NCBI GenBank assembly: GCA_049320885.1
Contig: JBMORA010000009.1
Location: forward strand, 96,001-160,000
From: Thermodesulfobacteriota bacterium
Lineage (GTDB): Bacteria; Desulfobacterota; Desulfobacteria; Desulfobacterales; SURF-7
Length of the DNA: 64,000 bases
Direction of reading: 5' to 3'
In this document: in pieces, positions 60,844 to 64,000 of the stretch
Position numbering within the stretch: the first letter of the stretch is position 1
Layout of the letters: each line of letters opens with the position of its first letter
Notes under the pieces: generated by a model
Database searches by the model: none
What the model was told of the DNA's origin: nothing
The model's input: only the letters and a program-made list of their open reading frames with translations
Position numbers and translations under genes: made by a program

Positions 60844-61265
60844 CAGCTGGCCTCCAGCGCCATCCGGATGTCCTCCGGTATTTCGAACAGCAATTCCATT
60901 TCCGGCATTTTCACGGCCACCTGTTCGCTTTTCCCTTTGGTGCAGACGGTATTGCTCCGGACAAGCCGGATTTCAAAATCCAGGGAGATTTTGTATCTGG
61001 CTTCGGTCACCGTCGCCCGGCAACTGAATTCGTCCTGGTACCGCAACGGAATGATGTATTTGGTGGATGTGCGGGTGATGGGGAAGATGATCTGGTTTTC
61101 AAGGGAATAGGCATGCAGGTCGACGCCGCAGTTTTTCAACAGGGCGAATCTGGCCATGTCAAAATATTTGAAATAGTTGCCATGCCAGACAACCTGCAGC
61201 GGATCCAGGTCGTGAAAGGGAACGGCCAGCATGATTTCAAATCGTTTGGGTGTTTCGGGTTTCAT
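60843..61265 (-). CDS. Acyl-CoA/ACP thioesterase (4HBT/YbgC hotdog)
   Basis: FHDLDPLQVVWHGNYFKYFDMAR; stop overlaps the DAK2-DegV start. Confidence 0.9.
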   Translation of the reverse strand: MKPETPKRFEIMLAVPFHDLDPLQVVWHGNYFKYFDMARFALLKNCGVDLHAYSLENQIIFPITRTSTKYIIPLRYQDEFSCRATVTEARYKISLDFEIRLVRSNTVCTKGKSEQVAVKMPEMELLFEIPEDIRMALEAS

Positions 61266-61271
61266 GTCTTT

Positions 61272-64000
61272 TCAAGGCAGCGATTTCGGTGATTGGGTTT
61301 GGTTTACCGTGGGCTTTTGAGAACGCCCGGGTGATGATTTCATGACGGTCGCATTTTTTTCCACCATCTGGGTATCCGGATGCACCAGAAATTCCAGGTC
61401 ATCCAGATCCTGGGTGAGGCTGATCAGGGTGGTGTTGTCCATGGTCGGAAAAGCGCCGCAGCCCTCGCCCGCATCACAGACCAGATAGTCGTTATCGTGA
61501 TCGGTGCCGGCGATCAGCCGGTAGTTGCCGGCCGCAATTCCGTCGATTCGGAAATGATAACCATCCCCATCGCGGGCGGCCGAGACCTCGTACAGCGACT
61601 GGGTGGCGCCTTCGTCGAGCAGCAGCACATAGATCAGCCCCAGATTTCCGACGGCATGGGTATCGCTTTGCAGAACAGTCATATAAATCTGCAACTCGGA
61701 CTGGTTGCCGTTGTCGGCCGCGAATGCCACGGTTGCGGAATAGCGCGCCGGTGTCAGACCGGTTCGATCGATTTGAAGCAGGTAGGTTCCTGTGCCGTTT
61801 TCCTTTACATCTTGAGTTGTTACGGAGAGCCAGGAGGCATTCTCGACGACCTGGACGACGCGGATGGCATCGTCGCTGGTGCTTACGGTGACGACAAGCT
61901 CATTGGTGACGCCGAAATCATAGGTGCTCGGGTTGAGGCTGAGATAACCGGGAACGCCTTCACCGCCGCCCAGCCGTTGCGCGGCGGATACGGCGCGCAG
62001 GGCGTCGATGAGTCCGTATCCGTAGAGATCGTCCCGTCCCGCGGCACCGATGTCATTGGTGATTTTCAAATCAGGGTTGTTTTCAGCCAGCAGGGCGTCC
62101 AATTCCGCGGGTGTCATGGCGGGATGGACGCTTTTCATGAGGGCCGCGACACCGGCCATGTGGGGCGCGGCCATGGATGTCCCCTGCAGGGCCTTGTAGG
62201 CCGAAGCCCTCAACCCGGTTCCGCCATCCTTGGCGGAGGTGCTCAATATTCCGGGATCATTTGTGAAGTCGCCGCCGGGTGCGGCGACGTCGATATGGGG
62301 ACCGTAGTTGGAATAGGAGGCTTTTGTCCCGTTCTGGCCCACGGCGCTCACCGCGATGACCCCCTCTTCATCCGCCGGGGAAAAGAATTCATCGGAATTG
62401 TTGTTGCCGGCCGCGGCGATCACGATGAGGCCGGCATTGCGGGCGGCGTTGATGGCTTCCCGCAGGGTCTGGGAGGCCCCCGGACCGCCCAGGCTCATAT
62501 TGATGATGTCGGCCCTTTGGCTGGGGACGGTTCCGGAAATGTTGGCCAGCCCCGCTGAATAATAGATACACTGGGCGATATCGGCGTCGGTGCCGCCCGC
62601 CGGTCCCAGGGCCCGCAGGGGCATGATTTTCGCGCCGAATGCGATTCCGGCCACGCCGACGGTGTTGTTGGTCCGGGCCGCGATGGTGCCGGCCACATGG
62701 GTTCCATGGAAGGTGCTGGAGCCGATGGTGTCGCTGTCCCCGGGGTCGTCCGGATTACCGTCAATCCCGTCGCCGTCGCCGCTAGCGGCAGGATCGGAAA
62801 CGAAATCATAGCCGGCCACCAGTTGCGGGCTGAGATCTTCATGCAGGAGATACACGCCCGAATCGATCACCGCGACGATGACCCCGCTGCCGTCCGCGAT
62901 ATCCCAGGCATCCGGTACCTGAATGGCCGGGAAATCCCATTGCTGGGAATAGAACCGGTCATTGGGGGTGAGCACGGGCCGGCGGATGCGGTTGGGCTCG
63001 GCGAATTCCACCCCCGGTTCCTTCCGAAGTCCCTTGATGCGTTCAATGGTGGCCAGTTTGGCCGTGATTTCCGGCGCGAGCTCAAATCCGGCGGTTTGCA
63101 GATCCTGCACAATGGAATGGCTGCCGGTAGCGCCGGTTTCCAGACGGGATGCTTTTCGGTCGATATCGAAGGCCATCAGATTGGCCCGCCCCGGAAGGTC
63201 GGTCACCCTCCGCAGGCCCAATGAGTCCGTGGATGCGTCGGCAAGATTTGCCCGGGAGCCGGCGGTCTTCCCGGTGATTCCAGCGCGAAACTTTACCAGC
63301 GCCTGCCCTATGATAAAATCGTCCGCGACATTGAGCCTTTCCCCGGAAATATCCGCCTGGGAGCCGGCATCGGAGACGTTCAGTACGTAATTGGATGCGC
63401 CTTCGAAGGCATACACCACGATGTAGAATTCGCCGCTCTGGCTGACAGCTATCTCCTCGGCTCTTCCGGTTCCTTCAGAAGATATGGTATTCCCATTGTT
63501 GTCAACAAGGTACAAGTCAAGATCATTGGCGGTGACATCCTGGACCAGCCAGTCGGCGATTTGCAGATAAATGAGTTGGCCGGCCACCAGGGTGATGCGA
63601 AAATAATCGCTTCTGTCCGATCGATGGGCGAAGCGGTCATCGCCGGAGCTGCCGCCGCCTGTCGGGGACTTGGTAAGAAATCCGCTGACGGTGGCCGGGT
63701 TCGGCAATTGCTGGGCGGCCGCAAGGGTGTTGTTGGGGGTATAATCTTCATTCGGATCGTTGGTGTCGCCGTCCACCGCATTGCGGCCGGCGGTTGAAAT
63801 CGTGCCGGAAATGTGGAAAAGCGGGGTGACGATAACCGTAATGACCGCCGATCCGGCGGCATTGCCCGTATCCGTTGCGGTCAGGGTGATTTGGTGGGTT
63901 CCGGCTGTCAGGGCCGTGGTGGTGAGGTTCGTTCCGGTTCCCAGCTGCCCGTCCCGATCCGAGGTCCAGACCAGGGAGGCGCCGCTCAGTGTACCGTTTT
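61272..64000 (-). CDS. S8 subtilisin-like protease with PKD/Ig-like, PPC and C-terminal beta domains, partial (5' end beyond window)
   Basis: Catalytic triad VIDSG / HGTHVAG / GTSMAAPH. The frame stays open from 63776 to the edge (WTSDRDGQLGTG...GTHQITLTATD). Confidence 0.92.
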   Translation of the reverse strand, partial: NGTLSGASLVWTSDRDGQLGTGTNLTTTALTAGTHQITLTATDTGNAAGSAVITVIVTPLFHISGTISTAGRNAVDGDTNDPNEDYTPNNTLAAAQQLPNPATVSGFLTKSPTGGGSSGDDRFAHRSDRSDYFRITLVAGQLIYLQIADWLVQDVTANDLDLYLVDNNGNTISSEGTGRAEEIAVSQSGEFYIVVYAFEGASNYVLNVSDAGSQADISGERLNVADDFIIGQALVKFRAGITGKTAGSRANLADASTDSLGLRRVTDLPGRANLMAFDIDRKASRLETGATGSHSIVQDLQTAGFELAPEITAKLATIERIKGLRKEPGVEFAEPNRIRRPVLTPNDRFYSQQWDFPAIQVPDAWDIADGSGVIVAVIDSGVYLLHEDLSPQLVAGYDFVSDPAASGDGDGIDGNPDDPGDSDTIGSSTFHGTHVAGTIAARTNNTVGVAGIAFGAKIMPLRALGPAGGTDADIAQCIYYSAGLANISGTVPSQRADIINMSLGGPGASQTLREAINAARNAGLIVIAAAGNNNSDEFFSPADEEGVIAVSAVGQNGTKASYSNYGPHIDVAAPGGDFTNDPGILSTSAKDGGTGLRASAYKALQGTSMAAPHMAGVAALMKSVHPAMTPAELDALLAENNPDLKITNDIGAAGRDDLYGYGLIDALRAVSAAQRLGGGEGVPGYLSLNPSTYDFGVTNELVVTVSTSDDAIRVVQVVENASWLSVTTQDVKENGTGTYLLQIDRTGLTPARYSATVAFAADNGNQSELQIYMTVLQSDTHAVGNLGLIYVLLLDEGATQSLYEVSAARDGDGYHFRIDGIAAGNYRLIAGTDHDNDYLVCDAGEGCGAFPTMDNTTLISLTQDLDDLEFLVHPDTQMVEKNATVMKSSPGRSQKPTVNQTQSPKSLP

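Overview
GC-rich bacterial chromosome segment whose gene content points to an anaerobic deltaproteobacterium, probably Desulfobacterales-like (inference). Left to right it holds: a glycogen operon (glgP-glgA-glgB, glgB running off the left edge); a GAF-ANTAR regulator followed by a twin-hairpin ANTAR RNA element with overlapping terminator in front of an FMN glutamate-synthase-family gene; an HNH / MBL-hydrolase / degenerate RecA-like-XRE-cupin run; acyl-CoA genes (ligase, Nudix, DUF2889, 2-hydroxyacyl-CoA dehydratase-type operon); a DUF4349 envelope module present once fused and once split, then an atypical kinase; a Ni/Co ECF transporter operon with a terminator-containing leader; rsgA; four tRNAs (Asp, Val, Leu, Pro); tig-clpP-clpX-lon; amidase, AI-2E transporter, MCP and MFS; hsp20-lon2, rlpA-gmhB-recD2; and a minus-strand specialised lipid cluster (thioesterase, DAK2-DegV fusion, two TRL lipoproteins, GT2, LpxL-like and PlsC-like acyltransferases, ACP, ketosynthase, B12-radical SAM) interrupted by a probably leaderless vapBC module, next to an S8 protease running off the right edge. 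The best candidates for something undescribed are the lipid cluster, the Ni/Co leader attenuator, the ANTAR circuit and the DUF4349 module. No CRISPR array, integrase or transposase was seen. All product calls come from motif recognition; no database search was run.
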